Of a DNA stretch of 64,000 nt, positions 13,823-25,238 are shown in pieces. Within the stretch, counting starts at the first letter, position 1, and the number at the start of each line of letters is the position of its first letter. The notes under the pieces are model-generated. The model saw only the letters and a program-made list of their open reading frames with translations, did not search any database and was not told where the DNA came from. The translations under genes were made by a program, and so were the position numbers. Source of the DNA: Tricharina praecox (lineage: Eukaryota); assembly GCF_024521635.1 (NCBI RefSeq), contig NW_026250412.1, positions 930,001 through 994,000 of the forward strand, in the 5' to 3' direction.

Positions 13823-16325
13823 TGTAGCGTATGCGGAGGTGGTGAAGGTTGGCGGACCAAGAAAATCAAGCCAATGAGGGCTGAGTGTGGAAGCGTTGAC
13901 ACTGGGGGGACGGCACAGAGAGCGGCAATAGTAGGGTTGCTGTTGCTATTGTTGCGGCGTGCGTTGCTTTTGTTTCGTCTCGGGGTTCCCTCGTCGGTGC
14001 GTGGGTGTGTGTAGCAAAGAGAACAACACGGATTAAGTCTGGGGGGAGGTTATCTCGTGAGCGAATGGACAGCGGCGGTGTGCGGGATTCGTTCGGTGCA
14101 AGTGAGAGGGTGGGAATCCACAGGTACGAGGACAAGGGAGGGTACAGAGAGAGATAGCGAGGGGGGGTGGAGGCGTAGAAAAGGGAGGGGAGGGGTTATT
14201 ACTGCTCAGCGGAGTAGGAGTTGAACTGTGTTGAGAAGTCTGAGGGAGGCTGGAGGGAGGGAGTGAGAAGGAAAAAAGTGGGAGCGGGAAGCGGAAGTGG
14301 ACACAGCGACCAATGACTTTTGTCAACTAATTTGAGGGACGGGGATCTGGTGGAGAGAAGAGGAGGAGGAGGAGTGAGTGCAGTGCGGCCCAAAAGTTAG
14401 CGTCTCAGTTGGTTTAACCCATGGAAGGTTCTCGTCGGTTTTTTGGGGGCAGGGGGAGGGCGGGCGGCTGATCGATGCGATAAGATAGCCATTGTCCAAA
14501 CGGCAATGTACCCCACCCGAAGCGTGGTCAGGCTGAGCTCAGCAAGGGCCCAAATCTCACAGCCACACGTGACCAGAGGAGGGATTGTCCGCACGTGTCA
14601 TCACAGCTTTATCTTGAGCTTCGCACAACGCGCTGTCTGTCGCCCGAGCGTACTCGTCCCTAGTCCCGTCCGTCGAGGTTCGGACCACTACATAGATTAG
14701 ATAAGCCAAACTCGTGACGGAAGAGCCGGCCGACCATGGAGTGAGCAGGATGGCTCCGGCAAAGCTCCGGATAGTTACGGACGACGGCGGAACATGCGCC
14801 TTCCCGCCTCATTGGTGCACCACCTTAAGAGGCGGATCAGCGACGAGAAATGGAGAGAGGCCCATGGTGGAGAAGCCGGCAGAAAGCCATGTGTGCGAGC
14901 AAAGGTTGGGAAGGAGACGAAGGGGTAGTCAATCCATAGCGGAGCTATTCGCCGATCAGCGGCGCAGAGTTTCTCGGAACGACGGACGTGGAGACCCTAC
15001 ATATATCCACAGTCTATACAGGTACCTATGCGAGAAGCGACGATAAATATGCGATTTTCTTTCCCTGGTGCGAAACATACAAAACATACGAAACATACGA
15101 AGCAAATTGAAGATCTTTCTCTCTCGGGCCACTGGATGCCACGCCCTTTCTCCGAGCCACTATATAGGTAGATCGCCCTCTCCCTAATGCTGCCCTCTCC
15201 CCCTCTCTACTCGTATATATACCATCAGAGTACACTCCCGCAAACTCCACAGAGCCCCAGGGCCCACACTATAGTACACAGGGGCCGCAGCCTCGCAGCC
15301 GCCATCCGTCTGCCCAATACCCACGCAGCGAGCCTGCGAAGGACGGACGGATAACTACATCTACTACATATACGGATGTACTCTATGGATGTACTCTACT
15401 CTACGTATCATTTATGTACACCCGCATCCTACAGGCTACGTAGAGTACTCAACACGGGATCTCTCAGCATTTGTTATAAAGCTCTAGTTCCAGAAGTCAC
15501 GACTCACGATGCGATAATTAAGGTAATCCGAGTCCAATGCTAGGTATTACGGTACAGTATAGTAGTCTAGTCTAGTCCAGTCAATTGCTTAAATCCCCAT
15601 CTCGAACAAACCAAACCAAAACAAAACAAAATCAAACCGCGCCAACCTCTAACTAAAGAGCCGTATCTAAGTAGAGTAGAAAGTAGAATACAGAGGACCA
15701 CCGACCACCGAATAACAAAAATAGTAGGAAAAAAAAGGAAACCCAAGGTATATCAGAATCTTGAAAAACATGATAAGAAAAAGAAATCAATAAACCCCCT
15801 CCATTCCCCCCATTCCCCTAAAAGTTTCTGAAGGCTATAAGTCCCTGAAAGCTCCCGTAACACCTCCCTCCAGTATATGATGAAATCCGCACCGTAAACC
15901 CCAGCGTAACCCCCAGCGTAACCCCCAGCGTAAACCGTCCCAAAAGCAAAAGCAAAAGCAAGAGCAACAAACATTTTCAAAGAAAAGAAAGATAAGAAGA
16001 AAAAAAACCACAGAGCTTCTCCAAAGCCAAAGCATGCCGTGCAGTCCAGCCCAGTCTAGTTAATTCCTCGAGTCCATCCACGCCGTTTTGTCCCCCCAGT
16101 ACATCGTAAAGTAAAATCAAAATACCGAAAAAGAAAAAGAAAAACAAGAACAAAAAACAAAACGACAATTGCAAAACTCCCAAATCATCCCATTAATTAC
16201 CCCCACCCCCCTCCCCCCCCCCCCCCCGCGCGCGCCCCCGATGATGGAAAAAATCCTAGGAAAGGCATATAGTCGTGATAGCATGCAGAAAACAAAAAGA
16301 AAGAGACAAAAAGGAAAATCATTAG

Positions 16326-17885
16326 TTACGTTGACGCCGCCTTAATCTTCTTGTTCAAACTCCCCTCCCTCCTCCGTTTCGGAGCGTCGCGGATCTTATT
16401 ATGCGTGTGACACTTGTAGGCGTGTCGGAACCAAGTTGTCCCCTTCTTCTTGTTGCTGACGAGCGGGACCCACTCGGCACACGAGTGGCAGAGACCCTCC
16501 CATACGTCCGGATTCCCATCCATGCGGCGCATGTCCCTGGGTTCGGCAAAGGGCTGGCCGGTGGCCGCGCTGATGCCGTGCGTGAACGATTTGTCGTACC
16601 AGAAGGCCGAGTTCTTGAGCACCAGCCAGCGGCCGGGCTTGCAGATTCCGCACCAGCCTTCGCGCTTGTTGCCGTGGCCGCGGACCCAGCGGGGGGTGTA
16701 GAGGTCGCCTTCGAAACGGAGGTCTTGCTCGTGGGGTTTCATCTCGGGGTCTGCAGGGTTCATGTCTTCCTCTGGGGGTGGAATCTGCTCCTCGGTCAGA
16801 CAGGAGTAGAGGTCCGGTCGCTCGGCGTAGTCGGCGTACCGGGCGTGGTGGTGGTTTTCCGGGTGAGAGGGGATGTAGAAGGGGCTTGGCATCAGCTGGG
16901 TGGGTTCGTGGTGGTGGTGGTGGGGGTGTGGGTGGTGGGGGTGGCCACGGTCCAGGAATCCCGGAAGATAGGTCATGTTCCGGGGAAGGGTGTGTTGGTG
17001 AGAAGGCAGATACGACTGTGTCGATGGGGGAAGCGTGTGGGGTGGTGTGCGGATGGGCGACGAGTGATGCGAACGGAGCTGGCTACCCTGCAACTGCGGA
17101 TCCAGGCTGAGACTGTAGAAATTACTGGAATCTCCGGGAGCGGACCACCGTTTCTTATCTGTGGCGGAATAAGGGGTGACGCGGTAGATGGGAGAGCAAG
17201 ACCCACGGCTCGTCCGGCTGACGCTGCGGACGGAGGGCGAGTGCGGCGTTGTGACGGCCGACATCAGGGGTGTCCTGAACTCGGTGGTGTACAACGAGCT
17301 GTCCGATTCGGCGTAGTAGCTTGTTGTGGACGTGGCGATGGGCTCCGCGCTCGAAATCTCATCGGATAGATGATTTCTCGCATCGAGGTCGGTGTTCAAT
17401 CTCAGAGGATCCGACGGCTGCTGTGCGTACTGGTAGCTCGGGACGGGCAGGAAACCGTTTCCGCCGCTCGAGCTACCGTAACTGGACGAATGGTCGGTTT
17501 CGGCATTGCCCTCCAACAGGGAATAGCCGACTCTGGGCCGCCAATCCCCACTTACACCATCAGTATCGTTGCCCCACCAGGCCGACACGACTGTGGATGG
17601 CTCACTCTCTTGCTGCTGTCCGTAGTGCGGAGAGCAAGGGATATCCACGCCGTTCGGTGCCATGTGGGGGGTATGCGGCGTGATTTCGCCCGCCCAAGGA
17701 GCCGTGACCCCGTCGCCGCTCGGGCTGCAATCGGCCATGGAGAAAGGGTAGTGCGAATCAATGACCGTCGGACTGTCCTCGACGTGGCGGGGCGTAGGCG
17801 GCCATACCGTGAAGGAACCAGTGGAGATGGGCGAGTCCATAGCTAGGGCTAGAGGCTGCTGGAACGAGCGAGGGAGGTTGTCCAT
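16326..17885 (-). CDS. Rua1 C-terminal-domain (DUF4451-type) putative transcription regulator
   Basis: C-terminal block DLYTPRWVRGHGNKREGWCGIC...LKNSAFWYDKSFTHGISAATG...EGLCHSC...WFRHAYKCH after a long S/P/H-rich region. First in-frame ATG is at 17885 (the ORF track starts at a GTG at 17909). Confidence 0.8.
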   Translation of the reverse strand: MDNLPRSFQQPLALAMDSPISTGSFTVWPPTPRHVEDSPTVIDSHYPFSMADCSPSGDGVTAPWAGEITPHTPHMAPNGVDIPCSPHYGQQQESEPSTVVSAWWGNDTDGVSGDWRPRVGYSLLEGNAETDHSSSYGSSSGGNGFLPVPSYQYAQQPSDPLRLNTDLDARNHLSDEISSAEPIATSTTSYYAESDSSLYTTEFRTPLMSAVTTPHSPSVRSVSRTSRGSCSPIYRVTPYSATDKKRWSAPGDSSNFYSLSLDPQLQGSQLRSHHSSPIRTPPHTLPPSTQSYLPSHQHTLPRNMTYLPGFLDRGHPHHPHPHHHHHEPTQLMPSPFYIPSHPENHHHARYADYAERPDLYSCLTEEQIPPPEEDMNPADPEMKPHEQDLRFEGDLYTPRWVRGHGNKREGWCGICKPGRWLVLKNSAFWYDKSFTHGISAATGQPFAEPRDMRRMDGNPDVWEGLCHSCAEWVPLVSNKKKGTTWFRHAYKCHTHNKIRDAPKRRREGSLNKKIKAAST

Positions 17886-19166
17886 GTTATTATTGGACCG
17901 TCCGTACACCGGGCTTGTCTGTGCGAGTCCAAAAACACTCTTGACGTGGTCCCGTACCCTGCAGTTACGCAGTTTCCGTCAGCACCGAGTCTTCGACTTC
18001 CCCTTCGCCCCTTCGCCCCAAAGAAGCCGCTGCCTCTTCCATTTCCGTTTTTAGGGAGGGCGAATCTTACTGGGAGAGCACAGGATCCATCGCTGACATA
18101 CGTAGAATCTCAGAAGTGCCGTAACACGGGCAGTGCAGGATGCAGTAGTGCCACAAAGAGTGATAACCAAGCAAACAGGTAACTTATCGACATGCGAGCA
18201 ACCGTTAGCCTTCATCGTGCCTGTCAAACCTGGGAGAAAGAAAGAAAGATTCGCATGCATCTCGCTTCACTGCCTCTTCCGTGTGACGATCGTAGCTTCT
18301 TCCGGTGTGCACACGGGGGAGCCACAAGAGGAAAAGCCGGAAGACCACGCAGGGGCCATGCTGAGGATTCACGGGAAGGATTTCGTAGCAGGGCTGTAAC
18401 TTACGTAAGTAAATCTAGCGGCGGGATGTACGAAGATCGCCGTGGGATTGGATGATTTGCGGGAGAGCGCCAGCCGGAAGGAGAAATAAGACGACGGGCT
18501 GCCGAAGTATAGGAGATGCCGCAACGAACGAACGTCCCGGATTAAGAGTTATAGATAATACAAAAAAGTGCGGGCCAACTCGTCCGAACGATTGGTGTAG
18601 TGCAAGCTGTGGGAAGCTGTGGGAAGCTGTCGATTGGTGGGCGGACCGAACGAAACGTTCTATGCGGTGCGATGCAGGACGATTGTCGATGTAAACAAAC
18701 AGCTGTATGTATTGATCTCGCGTTTCGACTCGGCGTAGGTAGCTATTGCCGGGGGTGTGTGTACGAAGAGAAACCAGCTCTCCAGACGAACGAAGGTAAT
18801 AATATGGAGGATGCAAGAATCGAAGTGTAGAGGCCAGTAGTTAACGGCGACAGTGGTATGTAGTATGTAGTATGTAGTAGGCAGTAGGCAGTAGGCAGTG
18901 GGGCAATGGGCAATAGGCGGTAGGCAATAGGCAGGTATGTAGTCTATGTATGTAGGATTCGAAGCAGCAACCAAAGCGAAGGGAAGAAGCTGAAGCAGAA
19001 GCAGATCAGGAACTGGGGGGGTTGATGGACGTCTAAACGAATGACGGGGACTGACGATGGGATTGGGGGAGGGGAGGGGAGGGGGGAGGGGGGTAGTGCG
19101 GACGGTAGGAGCTAGTTAAGGAATTCGTGAACCTGGGTCGTGAGTGAGTGATGAAGCTGCCGGGGG

Positions 19167-19172
19167 TTTATA
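19167..19172 (-). promoter_or_regulatory. Candidate TATA box (TATAAA) of the Rua1-type gene
   Basis: CCTTATAAACC on the minus strand, followed by a pyrimidine-rich, ATG-free stretch leading to two apparent 5'UTR introns. Confidence 0.5.
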
Positions 19173-22100
19173 AGGGAAGATTGAGCTCGACATTGTTGCG
19201 TTGCCGTCGACGTCTCGCGGAGAAATTTCGAGGCAGAGCTGCGGTAGAGGTGGGTGGAAGGGACAGGGATGGGCGGTAGCGCAATGGGCCAGGGATGGAG
19301 GCAAGGAGTGGAGGGAGGTGGTGGTTGTGGTGGGTGGTGAGGGTGAGGGTGGTGAGGGTGAGGGTGGTGGGGGGGATGGGATGGGGGGATGGGGGGGGGG
19401 GGGGGGGATGGGGGGGGGGGGGAGGTTGCAGTTGCAGGGGCGGCGACGACGAGGAGGCTCGAAGCGCTGGGCCATCTCGTCTCTCGTCTCTCGTCTCTTT
19501 TGGTCTCTGGCAGGACTCTTTGCGGCTGTCCCATCGGCCGTCTTCGTCGTACGCAGCTAGCCAGTTTACCATGGTACTTACGCACCCACATTACATGGAG
19601 TCAGAACCGACTGCGCAGCGAGATAGTACTTGCCGTCCACACGCAGCATACGCACGGCAAGGTAAGTAAGAAGTAAGTAAAGCAAGCAAGGTAGGCAAAC
19701 AGGTAGGCAAGCAAGTCAGTCAGTAAACAAGTGCCAGGTGCATTGGACAGTACAGTACAGTACAGCACAAGGAGCACCCGCCAGGCTGCCAGGCTGCCAG
19801 GCTGCCAGCGTAGAGTAGTAGCAACTCCCAGTCCCATCTGGCTGCTCTCGCTCCACTCCGAGTGTCCCCCGCCCCCCCGCCAGGGCCACAACCACTGCAC
19901 GTCTGGTAGCGGGGCGTCTATCCATCTCGACCGACCCGTCGCTCTAGCCTCTAGCTCCTTCTCGAACCGCCGCAACGCAAGCAACGGAAGCATCGATGGA
20001 AGGGACGTACACACGCGGTTTAGTGGCCGCCCGGCTGGAGATGCGACGCTCTTGTCTGGTCTGATGATTGATCGATCCGGCGCGGTGCGATGGAAGGGCA
20101 CAGAATCAGGTATGCAGACATGTAGCTGCAAGTATCTATCCGCGCGATGGCCGCTTGCGCATAGAGTACGCATTGCGAGTTCGCGAGTTCGCGAGTTCGC
20201 TCTCTCTTTCTCAGCATGGACGCCCGACAGGCCGACAGACCGATCGAGCGAGCGATCTCTGTCGGGTAAGAGACAAAAGAAGAAGAAGCACAAGCAGCAG
20301 CGGATGAAGAAGCAAGGTAAGCCTGCCAGGTACGGGCAGGCAGGCGGGCAAGTACTCAGTGTATGTACCTACATCACACATGCTCCTTCCACGCTCCGGT
20401 CAAAGGCCTGAGGAGGCCCAGATGGATGGATCGATGTTCGGTCAGGTATAGTTACTGCGTGGTACAAACGAATCCACAGTCAGTCAGTCCATCGGCCGGT
20501 CAGTCGGTCGATCCTGCACTGCACTGCACGGCAATCACTGCAACGAGTATTACCACCGGCCCAACCCAACATCCATCTGCAGATTATTCTACCTATTGAT
20601 TGTTGATATTGATTAAAGAGGCTATGCACTGTCGCCGCGATGGATGGATATGGTTGTGCACATATATCCATCGCGGGTGCTCTACCTAGCTGCATGCTTG
20701 CTGCTGCGCCGGCGGGATGTCACCTGTGGAGGAAGATTCTGCTGCTGCTGCTGCTGCTTATGGTTATGGCGATGATGCTACATCAAGCACCGAATATAAT
20801 CCATCGCCAGGATACCGTGCGGCCGTGCCTAATATCGCCGTGGAACGGACGATTGAAAGCACATGTATAGTAGACGGGCACACGAGCACACGAGCACGAA
20901 AACCGACACAACACCGCCACAAGTCCGTCCCCGCTGCCACCGCTGCCACCGCTATGTATGTGCCAACCGATGAACGCCCAAACGTCGGAACAAACAGACA
21001 GACAGACAGAAAGAGCCCGGCGCTTCGTCGAGATCGTCAAGTACTGGTAGCGTCAGCCGAAATTATGTACACACCGGTACCTCCCAAGCGGCCGGAGCAG
21101 GACTTCTCGGCTCTGGAGTAGAGTAGCCACAACTTACAAGTCTCCTCCCCCGCGACTCGCGACTCGCGAGCGCCTCCATGGCAACAACAGCAACAACAGC
21201 AATTAGAGTAACAACAGCAACAGGAGCAGCAATTAATAATAGCCCATCGAGCCCCACCATCAACTCCAACACCCGTGACACCGAAAATAGTGACACACAC
21301 ACGCCCACACTCACCCTCTCACCCTCTCACCCCCCCACCCACGCCCACACACGCTCTCACACACGTCCATCCCAAACGTCAACGAGGAGGTCGTTCGTGC
21401 GCTGATACCGAACCTGAAACGGGGTGGGAGAAAGGCGCGCAGGGGTTTGGTGGGTTTGGGGGTGGTGGCTCCCGTCTGGCGTCGACGCCCATCATCATCG
21501 ACGCCCCATCATCGTCGGCGTCCCACTCGAACTCGAGAAAGCACGCCCCGCACTCACATAAGCCTAGCCTAGCCTGACGGACAGGATACACTACTCTACC
21601 TACACTACACCGATACACTGACACCCGGGCGAAACGAGGGTGGGTGGAGTGGGTGAGTGAGGGTTGGCCTCGGTGTCGGTGGAGTGGACTGGTGGAGTGG
21701 TGAGACCGCAACGTCGAGTGCGAAGCTCATCCACCCCCCCTCACTCGCTGCTGCAGGGAACCGAGCCCGCCCGCTCCTTCAGACTTTAGACTCCAGAGAG
21801 CGAGCTGCTCTACTCTAGTTACCGTACCGGGTCGCACCGCACCGCACGGCGCGGCGCGGCGCGGGAATCCTAGTCCACCCACCGCATCTACATCTACATC
21901 TGCATCTACATCTGCACTCGGGCTGTGCTGTATGTGCTGTACCTGCTGTGCTGTTTTGTGCTGCGATTCTTTCTCCTCTCCCCTCCTCGACTCGACTCGA
22001 CTCGATTCGGCAGGATGAGATGAGATGAGATGAGATGAGTGCCGCCCGTGGATTCGGGACCGGTCCTTGCAGCGACAAGTTGGGCGTTCAGGGTTCGGCA

Positions 22101-23189
22101 CCTATTTTGGAATTGGAGATGGTACAACTACTGAAGAGTAGATAACAATTGAAGAAGCCGCCTACATAGGTAGATCGCGGCCTGTGGCGCGGCGAGAGGC
22201 GGGAGGCGGGAGGCGGGGCGGGAGTCGTGACTGCGACGTCACGATGCTGGTCTGGTCGCTCCGTCGATCGGAGTGACTACCGTAGTTACCGGAGGGACTC
22301 GAGAAAAGCCAAAGGCAGCATCACCGCAGTCCGTAGTCCCTCTCAAGCACGGTCATCGCCGAAAGCGGATACCTAAAGGCACAAACCAAACCTCCTCACA
22401 TCAATGATGAAAAGAAAAAGGACGCAACCGCCAGTCGAAACGCCGAGCCCAGGAGGGGGACTTTTACTTTTTCCCGCCGGGCGATCAAAAACTAGAGTAT
22501 CCGCTGCCTGCCAACAGACTTTAGCGCCTGTGGGCGGGGGGGGGGGGGGGGGGGATCGATCATAGAGCCTTTCTGTTTCTGCCTCCGTTTCTGTTTCTTG
22601 TGAGCACTGAAAACCGAACATCGACGAAGCGCGCACGCGGAGCGCCGGTCATGTCAGCGGCGCATAGAGTGCATAAGTCCAGCGCATACGGTGCATACAC
22701 TACGGTGGTGGATGCATCCCACCGCACCGCACCGTCCAAAGAGATTTCATGGCGGTATGCAGGGCTGACCAACACCCTTCCATCCCAAACACGGGCGGGC
22801 GGGCGGGCGAGTGGGTAGTAGGGAGTAAACATTCACTACGGCTCGCGCGGGCGAGCGAGCGACCGAGCAGAGCAGTTAGAGCGGGATAGTGACGTAGCCT
22901 TGGAAGAAAGCTTGGAAGGGAACGGCGAAAATAAAGGGCGACGGAGAATTTGAGGTTCTATTCAGCTTCAACTTCGAAGAGCCATCGAATATGGCGCTCC
23001 TCCGCTGCCGCCTCCTCCAACGTGAGGTGCTACTAGATCCGGCTAGGCTGGCTTTTAGTTACCGCTATTCGGATCCACCGATCCGACTAGTTAGCACCTT
23101 CTTCGACGATATATCTTATCTGATCTGCTATGTATCCTGCATCATATGCTCCTCTCATGGTGGTGGCAGACAACGCAAGTCTGCAATCC

Positions 23190-23306
23190 GTCCAGTGTCC
23201 AGTGTCCAGTGTCCAGTGTCCAGTGTCCAGTGTCCAGTGTCCAGTGTCCAGTGTCCAGTGTCCAGTGTCCAGTGTCCAGTGTCCAGTGTCCAGTGTCCAG
23301 TGTCCA
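23190..23306. repeat. Perfect heptamer array (TCCAGTG)~16
   Basis: Directly visible. Confidence 0.97.
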
Positions 23307-24602
23307 CACGCCATACCCCGGCGGCGGACGGCACGGGGTACCTTACTATCATCGGTACCCTACATACGTGTTACCACCAGTACAGTACAGTACCTACAGT
23401 GTCGACGACGCCGCGTGTACTGCGGCTACCTACTAAGTATAGTGTCGTGCCGTGCAGTGTAGGTACAGTACATCATTCCGCATGTCGAGTTGGTGGCGTG
23501 TGTATGTACAAGTACACATGCACATATGTCGAGTACAGTACAGTACAGTACAGTACCGTATGTAGGTACAGCAGGTACAGCAGGTACAGTACAGCAGGTA
23601 CGGTACAGCAGGTACACGACATGTGTAGGCTGCGCACCGGACGCTGACCCGAGAACCGAGCGAGAGAGCTGGGGAGGGAGCCGGGGAATGAGCCGGGGAG
23701 GGGGCCGGGGAGGGGCCGGGGAGGGAGCGTGCGAAGCAAGGGCCACGCTCTGGCCAGTGGCTGTTGGCTGTTGACTGATGAAACTTGACAGTGGCTGTGG
23801 CAGTGAAAGGAAAAAGCACAGGCAAAACACAGGCAAAAGTACAGGCAAAGGCTAGGGGTATTTTTAGCTCAACTGTAGTCACTCGGTACTATGTATCTGC
23901 TGTAGTATCACCAGTACCACCTGGCGCCGGCAGCCTGTACTGTACATGCTTAGGTACTCTATGTACTCTATGTAGGTGCTCTAGGTACTCTACATACCCT
24001 TTATGTAGGCAAGTACGTCCACCGCGCCTCTCCTCGCCTCGCCTGTACATACACAGGTAGGCGGTCAGTAACTAATCGGGGATCTGGAGACTGGAGATGC
24101 GACACGTCTCGTCGTTTGGCGGTAGGCACATACCTCATACTAACTTACTACCGAGTGTATTGATTACCGCACCGCACTGTACCCCGCCCCGCCGCTCTCG
24201 CTGTCTAGGACTCTCGCTGGCTGGGCCCAGAAAGCTTTGTAATGTCCAGAGCACCTGCCGATAGTTCGTACGTAGACCTCCTACGTACGGCAGTTGCCTT
24301 GAAGGCTTGGCCAAGAGTACTCAGTGCTATCTATTCGCACCCGGCGGATAGAATCATGGATGATGTGCCAAGTTAGCGAGCGCAGACTCGATTCCCCGTC
24401 TAGAGTCCAAATCCATCCATCCCGCGCGGATATTGAACCTCGCGCCCCCGTCACATCCCATGCTCTTTGCGGTTCCCTCCATATTAACTACCGGTAGACG
24501 AGACGAGTGTAGTCGAGTCGAGTTGATCGGGGACGGGGAACCGGGGGACGGGGGACGGGGGACGGGGGACGGGGGACGGGGGGGGATAGTTCTGCAGAGT
24601 AA

Positions 24603-24660
24603 GCCCAGTGCCCACCGCCGTTCCCAGTGCCCACCGCCGTTCCCAGTGCCCACCGCCCAC
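24603..24660. repeat. 19-mer tandem repeat (CCCAGTGCCCACCGCCGTT) ~3x, preceded by a GGGG(G)AC array (~24528-24585)
   Basis: Directly visible. Confidence 0.85.
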
Positions 24661-25151
24661 ACCGTGCCCAGCCCAGCACACCAGAGCCAGAGTTTCTTTA
24701 TTTAGAATTATCCTCTGGGTTCTAAAGTTCCAAAGTTCTGCAGTCAGGCTCAGGGTCAGGGCCAGGCAGGGCAGGGCGGGCGCTTGTTTTGCTTTCCCTC
24801 CCTCCCCGGGCACCCCCCGCACAGAGGAGTCGCGGACCCCACCACACACCCGTCCTCGGTTAAACACGTTAGTCCACGTTCGGACGGCAGCCGACGACCG
24901 TGCGCCGTGCGGTGCTGACGCTATCTACTCTACACGCTTTGGCTTCACCGGGCCAGGCTACATATGACCACGACAGCGACAGCGACAGCGACAGCGACTG
25001 CGACATCGACAGTGATCAACGGCCAGGCGTAGCTAGAGTACGTAGGACCGTATGTAGGAAACTCGTGGCTGTCTCGACTCTCGAGCATTTGCCGCGAACG
25101 ACGCCGCGCACGCAAGCAGCAAGCAGCAAAAAGTGCCGTCTTACCTAAGCC

Positions 25152-25238
25152 AACGAACGAGCGAACGAACGAGCGAACGAACGAGCGAACGAACGAGCGA
25201 ACGAACGAGCGAACGAACGAGCGAATGAGCGAACGAAT
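25152..25238. repeat. 12-mer array (CGAACGAACGAG)~6-7
   Basis: Directly visible. Confidence 0.92.

Noticed and set aside
23130-23462. ORFs with VQCPVSS / DTGHWTL repeats
   Set aside because: Translations of the (TCCAGTG)n microsatellite; no other coding signal.
23190-25238. CRISPR-like or telomeric arrays
   Set aside because: No unique spacers, no TTAGGG arrays, eukaryotic context.
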